From: an uncultured delta proteobacterium
GTDB taxonomy: Bacteria; Myxococcota_A; Polyangia; Fen-1088
Length of the DNA: 64,000 bases
Direction: 5' to 3'
Assembly: GCA_963767925.1 (NCBI GenBank)
Contig: CAVYGB010000012.1
Span: 10,078-74,077 of the forward strand
The position numbers were made by a program, and so were the translations under genes. Positions 10,164 to 19,726 of this stretch are shown here, piece after piece. Position 1 is the first letter of the stretch, and each line of letters begins with the position of its first letter. Under the pieces are notes generated by a model. The model was not told where the DNA came from, searched no databases, and saw only the letters and a list, made by a program, of their open reading frames with translations.

Positions 10164-10676
10164 GCACCCCCACTGCTCGTTCGCCCTCGCCCCGCAGCAG
10201 CGGGGAGAGGGTGGGGTGAGGGGTCTCTGGGGTGCGGCTCGCAGGATGTTCATGCACCCCCACTGCTCGTTCGCCCTCGCCCCGCGGCAGCGGGGAGAGG
10301 GTGGGGTGAGGGGTCTCTGGGGTGCGGCTCGCAGGATGTTCATGCACCCCCACTGCTCGTTCGCCCTCGCCCCGCAGCAGCGGGGAGAGGGTGGGGTGAG
10401 GGGTCTCTGGGGTGCGGCTCGCAGGATGTTCATGCACCCCCACTGCTCGTTCGCCCTCGCCCCGCGGCAGCGGGGAGAGGGTGGGGTGAGGGGTCTCTGG
10501 GGTGCGGCTCGCAGGATGTTCATGCACCCCCACTGCTCGTTCGCCCTCGCCCCGCGGCAGCGGGGAGAGGGTGGGGTGAGGGGTCTCTGGGGTGCGGCTC
10601 GCAGGATGTTCATGCACCCCCACTGCTCGTTCGCCCTCGCCCCGCGGCAGCGGGGAGAGGGTGGGGTGAGGGGTCT
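10164..10676. repeat. 90-bp tandem array (5 full copies plus 1 partial) of a REP-like hairpin
   Basis: Units start at 10164, 10254, 10344, 10434, 10524 and 10614. They are identical apart from one A/G site in the hairpin ccctcgccccgc[a/g]gcagcggggagaggg. Confidence 0.95.
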
Positions 10677-10678
10677 GT

Positions 10679-11344
10679 TCAGAACTCGATCACCAGGCTG
10701 ACCCGCTCGGGAAAAGGCTGGTTGGGGGGCCTCGTCAGCCGGTAGCCGGGGGTGGCGAGCGCGCGGGCCACGCAGGCCCGCTGTTCCACCGTCAGGGCGG
10801 TGTGGGGGCCGACGGGCTCGAGGTCCTGGTCCGAGACGCTGCCGGTCTCCGGGTTGAGGGCGGCGACCCAGCGCAGGGCGCCGGGCCGGTCGGTGCCCTC
10901 GAAACACTGCGCGAGGCGGGGGCTGCGGGCGGTGGCCTGCAGGCGGAACTCGTCGATCCAGGTCGGCGGCGGCTGGGCGCCGGTCTGGTACCCGGGGCGC
11001 GGGCGGCGGTCGACCTCGCCGGCGAGCGGGGCGCGCCCGCGCGGCCGCGGCGGGCGGGGAGCGGGTGCTGCGGGGGGCGCCTTCGGCCCGGCCTGGGCCT
11101 GGACCGGCTCCGGGAGCTTCGCGGGCTGGCGCTCGCAATCGCAGCGAAGCAAGGCGGCGATCACCAGCAGCGGGGGGACGGCGAGCGCGAGGCGGCGGCG
11201 GCGGCGGTTCGGGTCCTGGCGGGTCCGGAGCGCCTGCACGCGGTCGCGGGCACGTGCGCGCATGTCGGCCAGGTTGCGCCGCAGGTCGCGCTTCACCTCC
11301 TGGCGCCGGGCCCGCAGGCTCCGGCGCAGGTCGTCCGGGCTCAC
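10679..11344 (-). CDS. Hypothetical membrane-anchored protein
   Basis: The GTG start overlaps the upstream stop (GTGA). Basic N-terminus, one TM helix (LALAVPPLLVIAALL), a Pro-rich linker and a compact C-terminal domain. Confidence 0.65.
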   Translation of the reverse strand: MSPDDLRRSLRARRQEVKRDLRRNLADMRARARDRVQALRTRQDPNRRRRRLALAVPPLLVIAALLRCDCERQPAKLPEPVQAQAGPKAPPAAPAPRPPRPRGRAPLAGEVDRRPRPGYQTGAQPPPTWIDEFRLQATARSPRLAQCFEGTDRPGALRWVAALNPETGSVSDQDLEPVGPHTALTVEQRACVARALATPGYRLTRPPNQPFPERVSLVIEF

Positions 11345-13290
11345 TCGGTCAACCTCCAGCCGAAGACCAGGGCGCCGTTGCGATCCCGCCACTCGACCGG
11401 CCGGAGCACCAGGGGGACGAACGCCGAGGGGGCCTCGGCGATCGGCGTGGGGAACGGCCAGGGCAAGGGGTCGGCGGGCGCGACCCGGACGTTGCCGGCG
11501 AAGGCCTCGCGCCGGGGGGACAGGGCGTGGGCCTTGCCCGCAGCCGAGGTCTCGACGTGGCTCAGACCCTCGAGCAGCCCGCGGGTGCGGCCGATCAGCT
11601 CGCGCGCGATCCGCCCCTGCGCCGCCGGCGTGCCCTCCCGGTCGGCGGCGAGCGCCTCGAGCAGGTCGAGCAGCAGCTTCAGCAAGGGCAGGTTTCCCGA
11701 GCGCGCCTCGTGCTCTTCGCTCTCGAGCCGCTCGAGGAGCTGCCGCACGAAGCGCAGGGTGAGCTGGGGCTCTTCCACCGCGGCCCTCCGCAGGTCGGTG
11801 ACCAGCTCTCCCGCTCGCCCCTCGGCGAGCGGCCGCAGCCTGGCCGCCCGCGCGGCGAAGGCGCTGCCGGACCGCGGGTTGGTGAGGGCCCGCTCGAAGG
11901 ATCGCCGGTCGGCGCGGAGGGCGGCCCGCCAGGCGAGATCCTCGAGGATGAGCTCGTACTCCTGGCGCGGCACCAGGGCGTCGAGGGTGGCGATGACCTC
12001 CTCGCTGGTCTCGTAGCGGGCGAGCAGGTAAGAGAGCCACCGGCGCGCGAGGCCCAGGACCGCCGCCGGCTCGCGCCCGCTCTCGGCGTGGGCCAGAGCG
12101 TAGGCGAACGAGCTCAGCGCCTCTTGCCGGCGCCCCTCCTCGAGGAAGGCCACCCCCCGGTGCAGCGCGATCGTGGCCCGCTCCCGGAAGCCGGAGGTGG
12201 GCGCCAGCTCGAGGAGGCGCTTGCCCCGGGGGTCGAGGACGAGCGCCCGGCGGCGGGTCTCGGGCGCCCCGGTCGCCTCGAGGAAGGCGATCCAGGCTTC
12301 GACCTCGTCGCCGGCCCCCCGCTCGATCAGGGCGTCGATGAGGGCGAGGACGAGCTGCTCGAGCGCGCCCCGGTCGCGCGCGTAGGGCCAGGCCTGGGCG
12401 AACAGGGCGATGCGCCGCGGGCGGCTCAGGGTCAGCCACGCGCGCGCCGGCCAGGTCAGGCTCCGGCGCAGGAACTCGGCCTGGCGCGACTGGGCTGGCC
12501 AGGCCGACGCCTGGGCGGCGACCTCCCCGGCCGCCTGATCCGAGACGCCGGCGTTCCGGGCCCGCTGGCGCGCGGCGGCCTCCTCCTGCCGGGCCCGCCG
12601 GGTCTGGAGCTGGGCGAGCGCGAGGTCGAGGTCGAAGATGCGGGCCTCCACCGCGGCGACGCTCTCCACCTTCCCCCGGACCAGCGTCTGCAGCGACAGG
12701 GTCAGCAGTCGGTGCAGGAGCTCCCCGGCGCTGGCTCGATCCTTCAGGTCCAGGCTGGCGGTGCCGGCGAGCTGGAGCGTCGTGATCCGCGGCAGGAAGC
12801 AGGTCTCCCCCGGCTGGAAGCGCGTCGAGCGCAGCTCGGCGAGCGACAGGACGTCGTGGAGCGAGACGAACCGCTGCTGCCGCCCCACCTCGAAGGCCTC
12901 GAACGGAGAAGGCGATTCTCCGAGGACCGAACGGCTCAGCCCCGCGACGACCCAGTTGTGCAGCGCCAGGGGCCAGAGGCCCGCGCCGCGTTCGTTCCGG
13001 GGAAAGCCGTCCAGACATCCTCGGACAGAGCCCGACACCGGCGCGCACCATCCAGGTGGTCGCCGGCCTCATGCCCGAGGCGCATGCCAGAGGCGCTGAC
13101 CAACCGCGAGCGGCAGAGCGCACTCATCGCCGACAGCGAGCGCCCCTTCGTCCCCGACCACGACGACCTTCCCCTTCTCCTGCTCGCGCAGGGGGGCCGC
13201 ACACGCGTCCATCGAGCGCTCCCGGAGTGATGGCGACGACCTCGAGAAGGGCGAGCACCGGGAGGAGGACCGTCAAGGACCTCCCGGCGC
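11341..13290 (-). CDS. Large helical (TPR-like) hypothetical protein with a disrupted 5' end
   Basis: ORF 11341..13038 looks coding. The same frame continues upstream past an in-frame TGA (13069-13071), and a signal-like segment (LLPVLALLEVVAITP) lies in another frame. The start coordinate is approximate. Confidence 0.6.
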
Positions 13291-13569
13291 GCAGTCCGGG
13301 ACGGCGGAGCGGGGCGGCGCCGATCCCGCCCGAAGTTACCGTCTCGTAGCGGCTGGTAGGCGGCCGGCGCCCGAGGAGACTCCTCCTCGGGATCGAAGCC
13401 GGTCTCCGTACCGACGGCACCCGATGGTCGGGGTCGGCCGGGCGGTCATGGCAGCTACAACTTCTGCGCGCCGGACGCCGACTGTAACCTGGCTGACCTA
13501 AATCGTTACCTCCCTTGCTGCTCTTCGAAACGTGTGGGTCCCCGGCACTCATGTAGAGTCGTGTCGTAC

Positions 13570-15402
13570 ATGCTCAGAAAAGAACTCGCCCACGTCGTCA
13601 TCCTGGGCGGCGGGTTCGCCGGCCTGGCTGCGGCACGCGCGCTCAACGTGCGGGGTGTCCGGGTGACGATGGTCGACCGGTGCAACCATCACCTCTTCCA
13701 GCCCCTCCTCTACCAGGTGGCGACCGCGGCGCTCGCCGCGCCCGACGTGTCGACCCCGATCCGCCAGCTCCTGCGCCACCAGCGCAACCTGACCGTGTTC
13801 ATGGGGGAGGTGCAGCGGATCGACGTCGAGGGACGGCGGATCCTCCTCGAGGGGCGTTACCTCGACTACGACTACCTGATCCTCGCCACCGGGATGGCCC
13901 AGAGCTACTTCGGCAACGACCACTGGGCGGCCCACGCCCCCAGCCTGAAGACCATCGGCGAGGCCCTCGACATCCGCCGGCGGATCCTGCGCGCCTTCGA
14001 GTCGGCGGAGCTGGAGGACCACCCGGCCGCCCGCCGGATCTGGACGACGTTCGTTGTCATCGGCGGCGGCCCGACCGGGGTCGAGCTGGCGGGCGCGCTC
14101 GCGGAGATCGCAGGCCGCACGCTGGCCCAGGACTTCCGCCGGTTCGATCCCCGCACCACCCGGGTCATCCTCATCGAGGCCGGCGCCCGGGTGCTGGCCA
14201 CCTTCCCCCCGGAGCTCTCCCAGAAGGCGAAGGAGCACCTCGAGGCGCTCGGGATCGAAGTGCGGCTCGGCGGACGGGTCACCGACATCGGCGAGACCTA
14301 CGTGGCGATCGGCCAGGACCGGATTCCCACCCGGACCGTGCTCTGGGCGGCCGGCGTGCGCGCCACCTCGCTGACCGGAGAGCTCGGCACCGCGCTCGAC
14401 AACGCCGGGCGGGTCCTGGTGGCCGACGACCTCTCGGTCCCCTGCCGCCCGGAGATCTTCGTCGCCGGCGACCTGATCTCCAAGCTCCAGAACGGCCGCC
14501 CGCTCCCCGGCGTCGCCCAGCTCGCCATCCAGAGCGGCCGGGCCGCGGCTCGCAACATCATCCTCGGCCTCAGGGGCAAGCCGCGCCTCCCCTTCGTCTA
14601 CAAGGACAAGGGGATGATGGCGACCATCGGGCGCAACCGGGCGGTGGCCCAGATGGGCCCCTTCCGCTCTTCCGGCATCATCGCCTGGTTCCTCTGGCTG
14701 ATCGTCCACCTCCTGTCGTTGATCGGCTTCCGGAGCCGCATCTCGGTGTTGATGGAGTGGGCCTTCGCCTACTTCACCTGGAACCGCCGCTCGCGCGTCA
14801 TCCTCGAGGCGCCGAGCCCGCCGCGTGCGGCGACGGTCGTCCCGCGCGCGGTGCCCCCCAGCCCGCCGGTCGCCGCGACCGCCGCGCTGCCGGCCGCCCC
14901 GTTCGTGCCGCCCGCCGTGGCCCCCGCCCCGCCGCCGGCCGCGCCCGCCCCGCGGGCCGTCACCTACCCCCAGCCGGCTGTGGCCTACGCCCAGCCGCCG
15001 GTCCCCCACGCCCAGCCGGCCGTGGCCCACGCGCAGACGGCGATTGCGTCTGCCCCGCGGGCGGTGCCCTCCGGCCCGCGGCCGGTCGCCCCCTTCACTC
15101 CGCCGGCCGTCGGTCCCCTCACCCCGCCTGCCGTCGCGCCCGTCGCCTACCCCGCGCGCGCTGTCGCCAACCCGGCGCCGCCGTCCATCGCCCCCGCCAC
15201 CCGCAGCACGCGACCCCCTCCCCTGCCCCCCTCCGCGACCGGCCCCCGGCAAACCGGCTCTTTCCCGGTCGTCCCCACGCCCGACCACCGCCCGGCCCGC
15301 ACCGCCAGCGCCTCCCGCTCGCCCCACCCCGATCACGCCCACGACCGGACGACCGTCGACCTGGTCCCCCCGACCGAGAGCCGCGGCCGCCGCCAGCGCT
15401 AG
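13570..15402 (+). CDS. ndh: Type II NADH dehydrogenase with a long Pro/Ala-rich C-terminal tail
   Basis: VVILGGGFAG, HHLFQPLLYQVAT, VIGGGPTGVELAG, IFVAGD, PGVAQLAIQSG and YKDKGMMATIGR. Confidence 0.9.
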   Translation: MLRKELAHVVILGGGFAGLAAARALNVRGVRVTMVDRCNHHLFQPLLYQVATAALAAPDVSTPIRQLLRHQRNLTVFMGEVQRIDVEGRRILLEGRYLDYDYLILATGMAQSYFGNDHWAAHAPSLKTIGEALDIRRRILRAFESAELEDHPAARRIWTTFVVIGGGPTGVELAGALAEIAGRTLAQDFRRFDPRTTRVILIEAGARVLATFPPELSQKAKEHLEALGIEVRLGGRVTDIGETYVAIGQDRIPTRTVLWAAGVRATSLTGELGTALDNAGRVLVADDLSVPCRPEIFVAGDLISKLQNGRPLPGVAQLAIQSGRAAARNIILGLRGKPRLPFVYKDKGMMATIGRNRAVAQMGPFRSSGIIAWFLWLIVHLLSLIGFRSRISVLMEWAFAYFTWNRRSRVILEAPSPPRAATVVPRAVPPSPPVAATAALPAAPFVPPAVAPAPPPAAPAPRAVTYPQPAVAYAQPPVPHAQPAVAHAQTAIASAPRAVPSGPRPVAPFTPPAVGPLTPPAVAPVAYPARAVANPAPPSIAPATRSTRPPPLPPSATGPRQTGSFPVVPTPDHRPARTASASRSPHPDHAHDRTTVDLVPPTESRGRRQR

Positions 15403-15441
15403 CGAGCGCCAGGGGGCGCGGGACCGCGGGAGGTCCCGCTC

Positions 15442-16385
15442 CTACTGCTTGATCCGAGCCTCTTCGTAGTCGTCGGGGTTCTGCCGGCCAAGCGACGCGA
15501 TCTGGGCCATCCGCTCCTGGTGCTTCCGGTTCTGCTCGGCCTGCCAGGCGGGGTTGACCTGGAAGGAGCGGCCCATGGCATCGAGCATCGGCAGGTAGGC
15601 CCGCGGATCGCCGGTGGTGGCGATCCCGGAGACGGTGGCGATCCAGAAGGGGCCGCTGTCGAAGGTGGTACCGACGACCAGGGCCCGCATGGGCTTGCCG
15701 GCGTCGAGATACGTGTACGTCACGTTGGCGACGGTCGGGGCCATCTGCAAGCCGGCGGCGGCAAACTTCTCCCGCAGCCGCGCCTCGGCCTCCGGGTTGG
15801 CCTCGGTGGCGGCCAGCTTGAACTGCGGCAGCCGGCCGAACTTGCGCTTCACGTAGCCGGGAAGTAGGCGGTGGCGGGCACGAAGGCCTCGATCCGCATG
15901 CGAGGATGGGCCCGGGTTATGTCGTGGTGGACGGGGGTCGCGGTGGCCGGGTTCCAGTATTGCGGGATGCTGGGATCGCCGCTGAAAATCAGGGCGCTGC
16001 CGTCCGGGCTGACCGAGGTGGCCACCGTGCTGTGGATGTCGAACACCCGGGCCGAGTAGGTTCGGTTGTGCCAGCCTTCGGCATCCCGACGGTGTATCCG
16101 TTCTCGACCGGATCGCGCATCGTCACCAGCTCGGTAGTGGGCGGCGTGCTTCGCCGCGCGCTCGCCTTCGCCGGCCTGGCCGCGGGCGCGGGCGGGCCGC
16201 CCGCCGGATCGCGGGGGGTGGCAGGCGCGGCGGCGGGGTCGTTGCCCATCCCGTTGCTCACCCGGGTGCAGCCCAGCGCCAGCGTGAGCGCCACCAGCGC
16301 GGCCCCGGCGGTCGCTCCCCGGCGGCCGCCCATCCCCCCGCTACCTGCCTGGTCCTTCGCGCGACGCGGAGGCGTTTTCGCCATG
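15442..16385 (-). CDS. Hypothetical lipoprotein, frameshifted across three ORF pieces
   Basis: The piece with lipobox LALGC (15989..16420) joins 15849..16046 and 15442..15852 through apparent frameshifts near 16070 and 15855. Confidence 0.55.
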
Positions 16386-16598
16386 ATCAAGTGTAGCGAC
16401 GAGTAGTACCCGTCACGCAAAAATAACCGCTCCCGCGGCTCGGGCCCAGCGCGATCCGCGAAGAGACCAGCGCGGCGATCGCCGCTCGTCGCGCAGGGTA
16501 GCCTTGCAGGTCCGCCACGCCGAAATGCCGACCAACGACGCTTCGGCGGGCGCCTCGACTTCGGGGAGGCCGAGGTCGAGATCTGACCGGGAGGCCGC

Positions 16599-17069
16599 TC
16601 ACTTGCCGGGCGGGGGCTTGCTGCTGGTCAGGGTGGTGAAGTCCTCGGTGCGGGCGACGTCGGCGAAGGCCCGGACGATGTCGGCGGGCGGGACGACGAT
16701 CTTGCGGGCGCGCAGATCGAGCCAGGCGCCGTCGACCTCGATCGTCGCGGCCAGCTCGGCGCCCCGCAGGATCTGGTGGCGCATCCGCCACTTGCGCCCG
16801 TCGGCGGAGGAGGCGGCCAGGCGCAGGTCGATCTCGAGCTGATCGCCCAGGCGAAGCTCACGCAGGAAGCGGGCCTCTTCGCGGAAGAGCACGGGGCCGA
16901 TCGCGCTGGCCGCCATCCAGGCCAGGCCCACCCCCTTGCCCTCCAGGTAGGTGATGCGAACCATGGCCCCCCAGTCGTAGTAGACGGAGTGCCGGACGTG
17001 GCCGTTGGGGTCGAGGTCGGCCCAGCGCAGGCCGACCGACATCCGGAACGCGGGCGCGGAGTCTTCCAT
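16599..17069 (-). CDS. Acyl-CoA thioesterase (4HBT/YbgC-like hotdog fold)
   Basis: RWADLDPNGHVRHSVY, GPVLFREEARFLRELRLGD and GAWLDL. Confidence 0.9.
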   Translation of the reverse strand: MEDSAPAFRMSVGLRWADLDPNGHVRHSVYYDWGAMVRITYLEGKGVGLAWMAASAIGPVLFREEARFLRELRLGDQLEIDLRLAASSADGRKWRMRHQILRGAELAATIEVDGAWLDLRARKIVVPPADIVRAFADVARTEDFTTLTSSKPPPGK

Positions 17070-17082
17070 CGGAGGCGCGAGC

Positions 17083-18152
17083 CTACCTCAAGGGGCGGTC
17101 CCCAGGATGCTCTGCTTGAACTCCTTTTGCATCAGGAGCTTGATGTTGGCCTCGACGATCTCGCCCATGGTCCGACATCGGAGGAAGACCGCGTTCTCGT
17201 GGTGGGCGGCGAGCTCCGACCCGAGGTTCGCCGATCTTGTCGGAGGGCGAGATCGCGTCGGTGCGCATGATGGTGAGCAGCTCGCTCAGGCGGCTCCACT
17301 CGACCTTGGCCCGGGCGGCGATCAGGCTCCGCTCCTCGAGCTGGTACTGCTTCACCGTCTCGGGCTCCATGTGCTCGATGCCGAGGAAGATGATGGGGTT
17401 GTTCTCCCGGAAGTACTGCGGCAGGTAGAAGTTCTGCCGCCCCTCGTAGGACTGCTGATCGAAGTCGATGGCCCGCAGCCGGAACTGCGAGCCCTCGATG
17501 TCCGGGGTGACGGCGACGACGAAGTTGTACGAGCGCATGTCCCCCAGCAGCCGCACGAAGCAGCGCTCGTTGAACTTCACGAACTCCTTGGCCAGGCGGA
17601 TGTGGTTGAAGACGGAGCCCTGCAGGTGGTCGCGCATGAAGTCGTCGCCGGGGATGCCGATGATGTGCTCCTCGACCAGGGTCTCGCTCGTGCACCAGGA
17701 AGGTCACCGTGTTGGGCGAGAGCAGCTCCTCCAGCTCGAGGCCGTAGACGCGCGAGGCGTCGGTGCGCTTGATGTAGAAGTGGTCGTAGTTGTCGTTGAG
17801 CCGGTTGATGATCCGGACGCGGAAGGGGTGGGTGTTGCCGAAGGTGCAGTAGTCGATGCGGGCGACGGTGAGCTGATTCAGGATGCCGAGGTCCCCGCCC
17901 GCCTTGAGCAGGGAGTAGATGTACGTGAGGGCCCGGTACAGGTCCTGCTGCTCGGCGGGGCGCGAGGTGGACCGTCTCCCAGAGCGTGTCCTGGTTCCGC
18001 TCGTTCAGCAGGGGGACGCGGAAGCCGTGGCGCAGAAGGTCCTCGTAGCGCAGGGGCAGCTCGGCCGCCCGGTTGTACTTCTTGAGGTATCCGACCAGGG
18101 CGGATCCCACCGGGAACGCCGGCTTCCGCCTGGAGGGGATATTGCCGCGCAT
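17083..18152 (-). CDS. Hypothetical protein with atypical-kinase-like motifs; about 3 frameshifts
   Basis: The joined reading is MRGNIPSRRKPAFPV...DTLWETV / LYRALTYIYSLLK...CTFGNTHPFRVRIIN...HFYIKRTDASRVYGLELEELLSP / LVEEHIIGIPGD...RLLGDMRSYNFVV...RAIDFDQQ. Confidence 0.7.
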
Positions 18153-18282
18153 CTTCCACCTCCAGTATAGGCGGTCCGCCGGAGGACCTCACGGCGCCCA
18201 GGGCGGGTGCTCGCCCCCCGGCTCCCGCTCATTCCGATCCCGCTCGTCACCCCCGTGGGCAGGAGGGCCGCCCCGCTCCGGG

Positions 18283-18465
18283 TCAGGGGCGGCGCGCGAC
18301 CCAGGCGACGTTCTCCAGCTCCAGCACGGGCTCGTCCCGCTGGTTGCGGGTGGTCCAGCGGAGCAGAGCGGTGCCGAAAGTGGGGCGGGAGCGCGACGGG
18401 CGGGTCTCCAGCACCTCGATCGTGAGGCGGAGGGTGCCCGGACGGGCGGGACGGGGCCAGCGCAT
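18283..18465 (-). pseudogene. 3' half of a MaoC-like dehydratase
   Basis: RWPRPARPGTLRLTIEVLETRPSRSRPTFG...TTRNQRDEPVL matches MaoC C-termini. The 5' half is replaced by the GTGCAC repeat element. Confidence 0.7.
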
Positions 18466-18469
18466 CTGC

Positions 18470-18600
18470 CGGGATCCGTCAAACGTGCGCGTCTCACGTG
18501 GACTGGACGTGGACGTGCACGTGCACGTGCACGTGCACGAAAACGAGCACGGGATCCGTCAGACGTGCACGACTCGGTGCTCGTGCACGTCTCCCGACGG
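18470..18600. repeat. GTGCAC hexamer-repeat and hairpin element
   Basis: A (gtgcac)x4 run, a direct repeat gggatccgtca[a/g]acgtgc at 18471 and 18551, and a perfect 12-bp inverted repeat agacgtgcacga...tcgtgcacgtct (18561-18592). Confidence 0.85.
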
Positions 18601-18686
18601 GGCGAAGGCACAATCCCCGTCCCCGCCCCCGCTTCCGCGTATATGCTCGGCGGCTCCCCGAAGTTGTGCCCTTGCAGGAGTCACCG

Positions 18687-19562
18687 ATGCGCGACGCCCG
18701 TTCCATGCCATCCCGATCTCTCGCTCTCCCCGGCTCCGGCTCGACGCCGGGACTGGCGCTGGCCCTGGCGTTCCTGCTGGCCGGATGCGCCGCTGGCACG
18801 GAGGAGGGCGCTGGCCCTCCCGCGACCGGAGGCGCCCCGGCCCCCACCGCGGGAAGCCGGGCGGGCGCCGGCGGTAGCGGCGGTAGCACCGCTGGCAGCG
18901 GCGGCAGCAGCGGCGGCCAGCCCGGGGGCGCGGCGGGCGCCGGCGGAGCGACAGGCGGCGCGCCGGCCCCGGGCCGGGATGGCGCGGCCGGAGGCGGTGC
19001 GCGCGATGCCGGCGTCCGCGCCGCCGACGCCACCAACCGGGACGCCGCCCGCGACGGCGCCGTGGATCGGGCGGCAGCCAGCGGGCCGTTCGCCCTCAGC
19101 AGCAGCGCCTTCGATCCGGACGGCATCATCATGCGCCGGTACCGCTGCTCGTACGAAGACGTGTCGCCCCCGCTGAGCTGGACCCCGGGGCCCGCGGGGA
19201 CGCGGAGCTACGCCATCACCATGCGCAGCGCCGGCTCGCCCCACTGGGCGCTCTGGGACATCGCCGCCGACGTCACCTCCCTCCCGGAGAAGATCGAGCG
19301 CCTGGCCACCCCGCCGGTGCCCGCCGGGTCCAAGCAGTGCAAGCCCAACGTCGACGGGTCGACCTGGTACGGCTACGCCGGCGCCTGCCCGATGGGCGGC
19401 ACCAACCTCCGCCCCTACTACTTCGAGCTGTACGCCCTCCGGGTCGACCAGCTCCCCGGCGTGAGCCCTGAATCGAACATCCGCGCGGTCAACGCCGCCC
19501 TCATGGCCAACCAGGTGGGCGTCGCCCGCCTCACGGTGATGGCCAGCCCCACCAGCCCCTGA
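18687..19562 (+). CDS. Lipoprotein with a Gly-rich linker and a YbhB/YbcL (PEBP) domain
   Basis: AGGAG RBS, lipobox LLAGC, FALSSSAF, DVSPPLSW, HWALWDI, YAGACP and YYFELYAL. Confidence 0.85.
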   Translation: MRDARSMPSRSLALPGSGSTPGLALALAFLLAGCAAGTEEGAGPPATGGAPAPTAGSRAGAGGSGGSTAGSGGSSGGQPGGAAGAGGATGGAPAPGRDGAAGGGARDAGVRAADATNRDAARDGAVDRAAASGPFALSSSAFDPDGIIMRRYRCSYEDVSPPLSWTPGPAGTRSYAITMRSAGSPHWALWDIAADVTSLPEKIERLATPPVPAGSKQCKPNVDGSTWYGYAGACPMGGTNLRPYYFELYALRVDQLPGVSPESNIRAVNAALMANQVGVARLTVMASPTSP

Positions 19563-19582
19563 CCGACGCCCCCCGCTGCCTG

Positions 19583-19690
19583 TTTGCCCTCTCCCCGCGG
19601 TCGTCTGCGGACGTGGGGAGAGGGCAGGTGAGGGGAGGTTGCCTCGCCGGAAGCCCCTCACCCGGCGCGCAGACGCGGGGAGAGGTGAAG
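19583..19690. repeat. Pair of REP-like elements between convergent genes
   Basis: gccctctccccgc...gtggggagagggc, followed by gcccctcacccggcgcgcagacgcggggagaggtga, which is related to 59422-59490. Confidence 0.75.
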
Positions 19691-19726
19691 CTGGAGCGGC
19701 ACCCGAGAAGCTGGAGCGGCGCCCGC

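Noticed and set aside
10164..10676. CRISPR array
   Set aside because: The whole 90-bp unit is repeated, so there are no unique spacers, and there are no cas genes in the window.
9580..11138. Repeat proteins encoded by the 90-bp array
   Set aside because: The unit length is a multiple of three and stays open in several frames on both strands. This reflects the repeat, and there is no other coding evidence.
13069..13071. Selenocysteine read-through of the in-frame TGA
   Set aside because: There is no redox-motif context or recognisable SECIS, and nearby frameshifts make error or decay more likely.
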